A stretch of 53,347 nt of DNA, the filler included, from Piptocephalis cylindrospora (lineage: Eukaryota): assembly GCA_003614145.1 (NCBI GenBank). It is 2 parts of 2 records of this genome, joined end to end, with 100 filler letters (N's around TTAATTAATTAA, not from the genome) between each part and the next. Parts side by side here need not be neighbours in the genome. Positions count along the whole stretch, not along the records: positions 26,785 to 53,347 come from KZ987773.1; 1 more part is not named here. One strand, 5' to 3'. Of the stretch, positions 35,257 to 46,315 are shown one piece after another. Both the position numbers and the translations under genes were made by a program. Position 1 is the stretch's first letter. The number at the start of each line of letters is the position of its first letter. Below the pieces are notes generated by a model that worked only from the letters and a program-made list of their open reading frames with translations, was not told where the DNA came from and searched no databases.

Positions 35257-38200
35257 ATGCTATCATTCCTCCGACATGCGCATGGACCTGTCGGACATGC
35301 ACGACTCAGTGTGCCCATCTCTCTCTCTTCTTCTTTCTCTACAGCTAGGGCCATATTGGTGGGGCGGAGCATAGGAAGGCGATACCAGCATGGATGGACC
35401 CCGCATCCACACTTTATCTACTCCCCCGAGGTCAAGGCGGCCTTGGAAGCAGATAAACCTGTCGTTGCTCTAGAATCCACTATCATTACCCATGGTATGC
35501 CATTTCCTCAAAACGTTCAGACGTCCAACGAAGTGGAGGAGATCATCAGAGAGGCTGGAGTTACCCCTGCTACCATTGCCATTCTTAGTGGGAAGGTTCA
35601 TATCGGTAAGTCACGAGGAACGGTTAGGACGGGGCCCATGAGCATGGACTGACCTCACCCAATACAGGTCTCTCCTCCTCGGAAGTACAGGGCCTTGGTC
35701 AGCGAGGAAAAGCAGCTACCAAAACCTCTCGGAGGGATATTTCCCTTTTGTGCGCCCAAGTAAGGCTAGGTGTAAATGCCCTTTTGAAGGGGATGAGGGA
35801 GGAAGAGGGAAGGGGAGAGGCCATTTCACTAATCCCTTTTTCCGCCAGGGAAAGGACGGGGCGACCACAGTGTCTGGCACCATGGTTCTTGCTCATAGGG
35901 CAGGTATCCCCATCTTCGCCACTGGTGGGATCGGAGGAGTTCATCGTGAGGGAGAGTCGAGTAAGTAATGGCATGGTAAATGACCCCTCTTTACTCCTAA
36001 ATACTTGTTCCCCCGAAATAGACATGGATGTAAGCGCAGATCTAACTGAGCTAGGTAGGACTCCAGTAGCTGTGGTGTGTGCTGGGGCAAAATCCATCCT
36101 GGATATAGGCCGTACCCTCGAGTACCTGGAGACTCAAGGGGTGAGCGTGGTTACCGTTGGTGGGAGCAAGGATTTTCCTGCCTTTTTCACTCGAAGCAGC
36201 GGATTTCAGGTGGGTGATAATTATATGGAATGTAAATCAAGATAATTCCCCATTAATAGCCCTTCCCTCAATGTATAGAGTCCATCCACCTGTCAAGACC
36301 CAGAGGAGGCCGCAAAAATGATCAGTACGTGGAACATTAATGATGAAATTATTCAGAATTGACATGGTGCCTACTCTAGTGGAGAATGAGGTAATGGGCC
36401 TAGGAAGCGGCATGGTGTTTGCCGTCCCGATTCCCCAAGAAGATGAAGCAGCTGGAGGGGGCAAAGTGCAAGCGGCCATTGACCAAGCTCTGCAAGAGGC
36501 CAAGTAGGTGTTTTGCGGAATGTAAAAGGGTGAGGGGATGATTTTCTCTTTGATTTTGACTGTAATTCTCTTTTCTTCATAGGGACAAGGGTATTCAAGG
36601 AAGCTCCATAACTCCTTTTCTTTTGGATCGAGTGACTTCTTTGACAAAGGGGGAATCTTTACGTGCTAGTAGGGTCCTTGGCTGAGTGAGTGGCGCATAA
36701 GATGGTTAATCAAAATTCATACTCATCCCCCTCTCACGATGAACAGATATTGCCCTGATTAAAAACAATGCACGGGTTGGCGCGTCTATAGCCTTGGCTA
36801 GGTCAAAGAATCGTCAAGCCCATCCAGTGCCATCGCCAGGGGGAAAAGGTATGCTGCCGCAGCCATCCTCGCCACGCGCCAGGACAAATGAAAAGGTCAA
36901 CCGAGTAAGAAAAAGGAGCGCGGTGTTCAGTATTCTCATATTATCCTTCTAGGTGATAGCCAAGGAGGCTCCAAGTTCAACTTCACCCAAGAAAGGATCA
37001 GCGGTAATGGCTTTCATGCTGAGTCTGTCATAAGTGTCCCATCCTCATAGATGCCTCATGGTGCCCTTTTCTTAGATGATCATTGGATGCACAGCAATGG
37101 ATATTATTGCTACCCTTCCTTCAGAAAAGCCTCTATCCAGCCTTCTAGGAACCTCTCATCCAGGACGGGTTTGGCAAACTCTTGGAGGAGTCGGGGGTAA
37201 TGTGGCCAGATCTGCTGCCCAACTAGGTTCCACGCCCACCCTTATTTCCCGTGTGGGCCAGGATGCCCCGGGCAATTATGTCCTTTCCAAACTCTCATCT
37301 ACCGGCGTTGTAAGTGGTAGGGTGAATGTGCAAAGAGGATGGGAGCATTATTTTTACACCACGACCTTTTCCGTCCTCTTTTTTACTAGTTCACCGGAGC
37401 CATGGATCAGGTCAAGGGAGGAGAGACACCGACATTCTGTGTCCTGCAAGGCTCCGATGGTGAAATGATCACGGCTGTATCGGATATGCGCTTGGCCGAG
37501 GATGTTTCCGAGGAGCATGTACGTCTGGAACGGGATGGGTAGTTGACGTGTGATGCAACTAATTTATTATCATTTTCTTCATAATGATTAGGTGGAAAAG
37601 TGGATGCGAAAGTTGGAGCCAAATACCGTGTGTTTTGACGGAAACCTCTCCTCCAGAACCATTAAAAAAATCGTTACCTTGGCAGCTGAGATGAAAATTC
37701 CTGGTAGGCAGAGGGGGGGGGGAGATGAAGTGTTCTTAGTACTCCCTTCTTTCTGTTAATTACAAGAATTCCCCGTCATCTTTCCTTTCTCCGATAGCGA
37801 TCTTTGAGCCTACCAGTGTGCCAAAGGCCATTAGGGTCTTCGAGGATCCACAGATCTTGGAATCCAAAGGCATTCGTTGGATTACCCCTAATGAGCTGGA
37901 GCTCCGTGCTTTGACTCGATCCACTCTGGGGATTGAGCAGAAGAGAGGGTCGATTCCGAGCGATCGAGTGATTGATCAGACTTCCAAGGATTGTGAGTTA
38001 TGTGCTTCAGTGGTCCTTTTGCCGCTGTGGGAACCTGAAAGATGGGCAAGAGCTGGCCTGCTCACACCAGCACATTACTCATACACACATTGTCAATCCT
38101 CATCCCGCGCCCAGATCTTTATCAGGCAGGATTGAGCCACCTCATCCCCTTAGGACAGCTTCTGTCGCAATCCATTCCCCGTGTCCTAGTCAAGTTGGGG

Positions 38201-38588
38201 TCTCACGGAATTCTGCTCGTCCTTCGGGATGATTATCCTAGTGGAAAAGGAAAGGATCAAAGATCCATTTTCCGAGTCTTCCCAGCACCTCAGATCCCCT
38301 CTCCCGGGGAGATTATCAGCACAACTGGGGCGGGGGATAGGTACGTTGAGTGTAAATGGAGGCGAGGGATAGAGTATGGACATGGGCTAATTTCTATCCC
38401 ATTTACTTTTTAGTTTTGTGGGCGCTCTAGTTGCTGGTCTGGAGCAATACCCCCGGCCCACGTCGTTGGATGAAGAGATGTCGATGCTCACGAGGATTAT
38501 CCATACAGGTCAGCGGGCTGCTTATCACTCTCTCCTGAGCCCCCTTGCCGTATCGGAGAGAGTTCATCCCAGGCTATGGGAGGACTAG
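35257..38588 (+). CDS. Bifunctional pseudouridine-5'-phosphate glycosidase (PsuG/IndA) plus PfkB-family pseudouridine kinase, about 14 introns
   Basis: Glycosidase: [61 protein letters not shown]. Kinase: [35 protein letters not shown]. Stop TAG 38586-38588. Confidence 0.93.
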
Positions 38589-38860
38589 ATGGGAGTGCAT
38601 GTGAGCTGTCCACAGTAGAGAGGAGGGGTCATGGGTCCTTGGGAAAGGCGCAGGGCGTGGAAAGACCTTTTTGATGGAGTATCTTGATGATGAATTAACG
38701 GTGACCCAGTAAGGATCAGAGTACTGCATTGAAAACGAAGAGAACCTCCCTGAAAAGCATGGAAAAAAAGAAAGAAAAAAAAAGCATCACTCCATGACGA
38801 CTCGGCCCTTCCTTGATCCTACCCCGTCGCCCCATCCCCTCTTCGCCCAACAGCAAACAA

Positions 38861-39616
38861 TTACAGTATGACACACAGACCTCCAAGACCACGCTTTTTG
38901 CCTCCAGGAAGTAGACTAGATCGGTTGGACTTTTTGGCTCCAGTGGTCCCCTTGGTCCCAACGCTCCCCCCAGGTCCCTTGCCAGCGTCTTTACGCTGGG
39001 CAATGAGCCGCATCATCTGTTCGTAGAGGAGATTGACATTCTCGCTAGTCTTTGCGCTGGTCTCCAGGTAAGGACAGTTCCATTGGGCTGCTTGGGCCTC
39101 AGCCTCGGACCGATTAACCTGACGACGACCCATCCCGGCCAGATCAGCCTTATTGCCCACAAGGATGAAGGGGACCTGGTCCGTGTCAAGGACCCGGGAA
39201 ATTTGGTCTCGGAACGTCGAGGTCAACTGAAAGGTCTCCGCTTCGCACAGAGAAAAGACACAGATAAAGCCTTCTCCACTACGATAGTAATTGTCACGGA
39301 TCTATCCATGGAGGAATGCATAGAGATAAATAGATGAAGAGGATAATCTTTGGGATTCATCCCTTTTACCCCTCTGCAGAATAGCATCACTTACGGCAGC
39401 ATACTCTTCCTGACCTGCCGTATCAAGAATGTCAATTTGACACTCCTCATCATCCAAGACCACCTTCTTCCGGTAGGAGTCAGCCTTGGTGGGGTCGTAC
39501 TCCTCAACAAAATCTCCGTACATGTATTGCAGGGTCAAGGCGGACTTTCCCACTCCTCCTGCACCAACCATGATGACCTTGTGCAAGGCCGGACCACCCT
39601 TTCTACCTTTAGGCAT
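38861..39616 (-). CDS. RAL: Ral-family small GTPase, 2 exons
   Basis: [66 protein letters not shown]. Intron 39394-39302; NKAD and ETSAK motifs; C-terminal CVIL CAAX. Confidence 0.95.
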
Positions 39617-41327
39617 GACCAGGGATGTGGGGACGGGGAATAGTGGTGATGGATGAGGGAGAGGGTGGGGGGGGGATACGAAGGTAAAGAACCAAAGGCA
39701 GGAGAAGATGGGACCTGGCGAGACAGTGAGCGGTGGAGAGAGAAAAGAGGAAAGAAGTAAAAGGAGAATGGGGAGTTACAGGCCGACAAAGGGCTTGGGG
39801 GCTTTTAATGGGAATGCTTTAGGGAGGCATCAACGATGCGAGTGACTATCAAGTCAGGGACGGCAGGGGCGAGATGATGAGGCGGGGAACACACCAGACA
39901 GCCTGGGTGAAAGGCTGATGCAGCAGTCAGTAATACGGGGTAGCAGAGACAGTGGGACCAATGCGCTCATCCTCTCACCTCACCCTGCCTCTATCCACCC
40001 ACCATTGTCCCTCTCAACCAAGTGCAGGAAGACCTCTAGGAACCCGACTGTGATGGAGCAAGGCAGCAGAGCATCACTTCTTGCTACTACTACTACTATT
40101 GTGTGTTTCTGTCTCTCCCTCTCTGTGTAGGTGGCCTTCAATATGGCGTGGCATTTGTGCACAGAGGACCATTGGTGCGTACAGCATACAAGAAGGGATC
40201 ATCGTTGTACAGGAGAGAGAAGTGTAGATCGATGGCGCCCATTCCTCATCCTTCCCATGGACCTCTGGGACCAGGATGAATGATAGATAAGAGGAGAAGG
40301 AGGGATATCATGATGAAGGCGGATGAAATCTTTCCTTCCCATAGAATGGGCCTAGATGGAGCAAGAAGTGATATTAACGTCTCAGTGTGAGCGAGGAGGA
40401 CGGAGAGATGGGGCGGCTAGCCCTGTTCATCATCCCAGGAGATGATTCTCGGCATGCGAGGATATCAGGCCATACCTCCTCTTCTGTATCCCTTCGTGGA
40501 AACGATAATCGTGATGCTTCATCCCGGTATTGTACTACATGAAAGCCATGGTGGGGAAAGTGGAGTCAGTGAGGAAGTGATTGTGGCGTCAACAACCTTG
40601 ACTGAGCTAAGAGAGAGGGAGAGCAAGGGAGGGAGAGGATGAATGTACCCCATCAACAAGGCAATTTAAAGTACACACTACTCAGTGGTTGCTGTGCATG
40701 AGTATTGATCTATATGACGGTTCTAATCTGGTTCTCAGACTCCCGCATCTAGGAGCGTCTGTTGCTCATCAGGTAAGCCAGACTGTAGCTTTGGATGTGA
40801 CATCATGCTGGATAATCCTTGAAGATGTATGAGAGATGAGGTACAGGCATGTATCTATTATTTAATCATTGCACTTTCCTGGTATGCTTAACTTTCAGAA
40901 GAACATCATTGGAAGAGGAGTGATATAGACTGGACAGTTGCCTTGGTTGTTTCCATGTCCTCTTTGCCTATGAAGGCCAGGGTAACGGGGGCCACCACAG
41001 TGATTTAAAGCAGAGTATTGGCTTGTCAATCTGAATTTCACTTCAACTAAAACGGCATGAACGGATGAGGTGTTTCTTGACGTGCAAAGTTCATTGTAAA
41101 AATGAACGGCACATCCTGGATACGAAGACGAAACGCACTTATTTCCTCCTATTACTGTCAGTACTCGTAGAAACGTTGTTTGGATAAGACGTCAATTTTG
41201 TAAAAAAAAACACCGAGAGTAATAGATATACTTTATAGGATACAGGGATACATTCGTTCTAGTAGTAGCAGTGACAGAAGCTGTACTCCATGGACTGCAT
41301 TATACAGAGAGGAGCGATGCAGTGCCA

Positions 41328-41943
41328 TCATTCCAAATAATGATCGTCCATCGGGAGGGATGTTATACCTCCGGTTGCTCTCTTCTCCTGATTTTGGCTT
41401 GGTTGTGAAGAAATGGAGCGATGTTTTGCAGAGGATGAGGGGATACGAACATGATCTGGATGTGAGGAGTGACGAGGGGAGATTGAAGCTACTTTAGAGC
41501 CCGTCCGTTGTCGATTTTTACCCCGATCTTCAGATCGTGCTATTCCTTCCTCATGACGGGTATCCCTCGTGTCCGTGGGGGAAGGTGGTGTCATTGGATC
41601 CTGGGAGGATTTCGTCCTGGAGCTATCCATACACTGAAGCAACCGATTTCCTGCCAATTCACGAAAAAAGGGTACTTGACGCAAGACAAGCCTCCATGCC
41701 ACCCACCAAGCTACGATGAATAATGGTCAGGGGGACGGGGTGAGTAGGGTTTAGGATTGGCTTGGGAGGCACTTCCTTTCATTATTACCCCCACCATCCC
41801 TTATATTAACCAAAAAGGATACCCAAGCCCCCTCACTTACTAAAGGCCAAAAGAAGAAGGACGAGGCTGGTGGTGGCCAGCAAGGATAGCGTCAGGGCTA
41901 GGACCTGCTGTAGCCATTCCGTAAAAGGGTCTAGCCACGACAT
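41328..41943 (-). CDS. SMIM13/DUF4750-like small membrane protein (161 aa), 2 exons
   Basis: Exon 1 41943-41841 encodes MSWLDPFTEWLQQVLALTLSLLATTSLVLLLLAF. Intron 41840-41711 (GTAAGT..CTGAC..TAG). Exon 2 begins TWWVAWRLVLRQVPFFRELAG. Confidence 0.7.
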
Positions 41944-42362
41944 GGGTCAAGTACTACTGGGGCCCAAGGCCAACAGACAAGATGAAGAAGGGAAGGGAAG
42001 ACGGAAGGAGGAAGAGATCAAGGCCACTGGAACTTGGGATCACCGTGGTAGTGGAAGGGCGATATGTATGTGGATGAGGTAATCGGCGAGGGGGACAGGG
42101 GACAAGGCGATGGTGGGAGATCAAGTACTGGGGATACAGGGACTTCTGACTGAAAGCTGCAGGGTGTGGAGGGAAAAGGAGGGAAAGCATTCAAGGGTTG
42201 CTCACTCGACACAGAGCTCTTTTATTTCCCTCTGCTCTGAGCCATAGACCACATTCCGCTTTCGTTTATATGGATGCTACAGGAAAAGATCCGTCAGGGT
42301 ATGGAAAGGGGAGCCTCTCCCGAGACGGAGAGGACCTGGGAAAAAGGGACATGGCCACCAAG

Positions 42363-42790
42363 CAGTCACCCAGCTGACAAGCCATGGGCTCACGTGATGT
42401 TTTTGGAAAATTTATCCAATCAGGAGCCGTAGTGATGGGTGGTTAACTGGAGTTTCAAATTTTGATTTGACGATCCATTCTTCTTTTTCCTTCAGTGGCA
42501 ATCCCAGCAGCCATCGTCGAAATTGAGATGAGTTCTTGTCAAAAACGACCAATTTAATATGGTGGCTTTAACAGTATTTTCCGGGGAGACTTAAGACCTT
42601 TAGGATGTGAGCAACCCATGTTCACTCATCCATGCTCGCTCTGTACTCACTCACACACACATTCACATAGCACCACTCTTCTCTCATCTCCGTGAAAAAA
42701 CTCAGACCAGAACGTCAAATTTTCCACCCAAAAATCCGAGCCAATTTCACACATATTTCACACATTTTCACACATAAAAACCCTCTCTCC
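42363..42790. promoter_or_regulatory. Candidate ribosomal-protein promoter elements upstream of RPL16
   Basis: CAGTCAC 42363, TCACGTGA 42390, GAGATGAG near 42524, CTCATCTC 42683 next to TGAAAAA, three tandem TTTCACACAT copies 42745-42775, AAACCCT near 42778. Confidence 0.45.
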
Positions 42791-43007
42791 ACACCGTTCA
42801 TCCACCAATGAGAAAAGTAGAACAAGCAACTGGGCGAGAGAGGGAGAAGAAAGAGGAGGGAAAGTTTTTTTCCGTAAGGCCGCTCCACAGCCCCCACTCT
42901 CTCCTGCCCCGCCCCAGCCTTTCTCCCTCTTTCCTTCTTCCCGTCAAACACTCTACGTGTCCATTTGCGCGGTAACCCCCTCCCCTCACCTCTTCCCAGA
43001 AAGAAAT

Positions 43008-43878
43008 ATGAGCACGTTCGAGAAGGTAAGCTAGTAAACACGTCTGATGTGGGCTGGACCCGACGGAGAAACAGAGAGATGAAGACCCCTTAGAGATGGG
43101 ATATCTGGATATCATAATGAAAGTGAGGAGAGAGGGAGAAGGGAAGAAAAAAGAAGGAAAAGGCACGATGAGCATGCGCCCTTTCTCCTTGGTCGTACAT
43201 TTATCAAAGAGTACCATCAGACTAGCCATCCCTTTCCGCCCACTCTTACTCACCATTTCCCCTCTTCCTCTCTGCCCTCCTGTATAGGTCGTTGTCATTG
43301 ACGGTAAGGGTCACCTTATGGGTCGTCTGGCCTCCACCATCGCCAAGCAGGCCCTCAACGGCCAGCGCGTCGTTGTGGTCCGTTGCGAGGAGATCAACAT
43401 CTCCGGCTCCTTCTTCCGCAACAAGATCCGGTACCAGAACTACCTCCGTAAGCGTTGTCTCGTCAACCCCAGCCACGGTCCCATCCATTTCCGTGCCCCC
43501 TCCCGCATGCTCCATCGCGTTGTCCGTGGTATGATCCCCCACAAGACCGCCCGTGGTAAGGCCGCCCTGGACCGCTTGAAGCTCTTCGAGGGTATCCCCG
43601 CCCCCTACGACCAGATGAAGCGCATGGTTGTCCCCCAGGCCCTCCGTGTCCTCCGTCTCCGTCCCGGCCGTAAGTACTGCACTGTCAAGCGTCTTTCCTC
43701 CGAGGTTGGCTGGAAGTACGAGTCTGTCGTCGACAAGCTCGAGGCCAAGCGCAAGGTCCGCTCCCAGGCTTACTACGAGCGCAAGCTTGCCCTTGCCAAG
43801 ATCCACACCAAGGCCGTCGCCTCCAAGGCCGATGCCCTCAAGCCCATCCAGGACAAGATCACCGCCTACGGTTACTAA
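43008..43878 (+). CDS. RPL16: 60S ribosomal protein uL13 (yeast L16 / L13a)
   Basis: Exon 1 MSTFEK (43008-43025), intron 43026-43287, exon 2 [16 protein letters not shown]...HFRAPSRM...MIPHKTARG. Strong C-ending codon bias. Confidence 0.98.
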
Positions 43879-44776
43879 GGTGTTTGAGCTTTTCCTTACC
43901 ATTGTCTGCCCCGGCTCCTCCATTGTCCACTGGGTTCTTGTGTGATCACTACTCTACTACCAACCCTCCCTACCTAACCTTTCCTGTTCCCCCTGGGGAT
44001 TGGGATCCAAGTCGTTGGCTCTTGGACGGGTGTGCTGAGACGTGTGTATCCATGAGGAGGTTGAGTCCAGTCCCTAAACAGGCATGTAATGGATCGTTCT
44101 TTCCTTTTTCTCATACTCTATTTTGTTTTTTTTTTGTGGTGAAGGGATCATTTGGCTGGAAGCGACATACGTATGTGCCTGGTTTGAGTGAGGAAGAGGG
44201 GATACTCTTGCTGAGTAGTATGTGCTGCTCGACGCGATCGCTCTCATTCTGCTAGAAGAGGTTTGTTCAATTTGGCTTGAGTTACTTCATCTTGCGATCA
44301 AGGCTGGGAGACAGCTCTTCTCGTGTTGATTGAATGGACGTCGTCAGTGATGTATGTATGCATCACCCCAATGAGGATTTCGTTTACTTTTTTTCACCCT
44401 GCATCCTATCTTTCTCCTCAGAAAGCAAGGGGGAAATGATACTCTTGCAAACTTCTCAGATTCTAAAGAGTAAGGATGGATATATCATTTACCTGATCTC
44501 TACAGTACATTCTCATCGTTTTATCCAAGGTATATTTCAATCAGAAAATATGTCCATAGTCCTAAGCCAGTATTTTCCTTCTGTACGAAGCGAATTAGCG
44601 CGAAAACGGACTTTATATTTGAAGTTGAATTGGACGGAGATGTCAACACTGTTGACCTGGCACAACTTACAACCACATCTTCCCCTCTGTTCATCCTCTC
44701 CCCTGAGCTGCATCACCCTTCCTTTCCCTTACTTCTCCGATCCGAAGCGTCCTCTTTCCCCTCTCCCCCATATATC

Positions 44777-45957
44777 ATGTTTGCCAGTCAATCCGGGACT
44801 CGTCAGGCCCCTTTGAGTCCGACCTCGAACCGTCGAGCCGCCCAAGGTCCGCCACTATCCCTGGATGATCTAAACGCCTTTAATCCGAGTCGCGCTCCCG
44901 CCACCACAGGTTCAGCCTCTAAAGCTCAGACTATCGATTATCAAGCCCAGTCTTGGCAGAAGGAGCTGGAGGAGCAGGATAAGTTGCTTATTCAGCCCAT
45001 CCCCGAGAAAGAAAAGGAGCTTCCCCACTACTTCTTTGGCCAGGGCTACAAGGAGGAGGCCAAGCAAGATCCTTTACCCATGGATGGGTATGAGGACGCT
45101 GGACTTGACCATCAAATCTACCCGTAAGTTTTTCTTTTATGGATGAGTAGGTAAAATATACATCGCCCATGATCATACTCCTCACTTATCCTTTCTTCTT
45201 CACTAGACGAGGGCTGGATGTACACGCCTACCAGGAGGAAGGCGCCCCTCCCACAAGACCCTTGAGGGACATGAATGTCCACAATGTCACAGGGATTGCA
45301 GAAGGATCAGATCAGTCCAAGGAAGCACCCTCTATCATGGATGACCGTATTAGATTTGCCTCATCCTTCCTAGAGGTCAAGCGTGGGGAGGGGCAGGGCG
45401 GGTGCTCATCGATCCGTCGAGAGACCAACATGTCTGGGCCCGAGGACCCCATGAGCCCCATGACCATCACTGTCTTTGGCTTTCCTCCCTCGGGGGCCTC
45501 AGCCGTCCTTGGATCCTTCCGGGACTTTGGGGAGATCATCTCCCAAGAGCCCATCCCTCCTCCTGGGGCCAATTGGCTCTCACTGACCTACGCCACTCGG
45601 TGGGAGGGCCTAAAGGCCCTGGCGAGGAACGGATCATTGATGGGTGGGTGGATGGTTGGGGTTGTGGAGGGAATCAGAGGCAGTGGTCGTGCCGACCCTC
45701 AACTCTCCTCCTCCTTTTCCTGTTCCGCCACCTCCATCCACTCAGCGTACGGTGATATCCGAAGGCTGGGCCCTACCACCACTCCCTTTGGCCCCTCCAC
45801 CACCTCCCGCCTCGTCCCTAATCGCTCTGCCCTACGACCCATCCCCACAGATATGGGTGTCAGTAGTCGGGATAGAATGAAGGGGACCGAATCAGTCCAA
45901 TCGGTCGAAGGGCCCGGGGTGGTGGACTATATCACCGATGCCCTCTTCAAGTGGTAG
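44777..45957 (+). CDS. NUP53: Nucleoporin Nup53/Nup35 (RRM-type MPPN domain), 2 exons
   Basis: ITVFGFPP...FGEI...NWLSLTY...KALARNG...MVGV and C-terminal amphipathic helix VVDYITDALFKW*. Intron 45124-45206. Confidence 0.88.
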
Positions 45958-46315
45958 TCCCCTCTCATGTACTTTACCACCTCCATGAGCCTTTTTCCTT
46001 TTTTCCTTTTAGAGTCGCTGTGAGTTGGTGGCGGTGGTGAGAGGGGGGAGAAATATTTGTAGGAAATAGGAAGGATGGTTCTTTATCGTATTGTCCTTTA
46101 CTTGTTGACGGGAGAAAAATGGGTGAGACGAACAGTAACTCGACCCTTCCTCTGACTGGTCAGATTTGCTTCCAAATGAAAAGATGAGAGAGACGATAAA
46201 GGTAAGGATAGTGCTGTATATGATCTTTTAAAATATTAAATAGGTTCACTCCCCACACCCCTTCCCAGAAATAAAATGCTTTCCTTCCCTTGAATAGATT
46301 AGTCTCTCCCCCGCA

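Noticed and set aside
43246..43923. 225-aa antisense ORF over RPL16
   Set aside because: Shadow ORF produced by the strong codon bias of a highly expressed gene.
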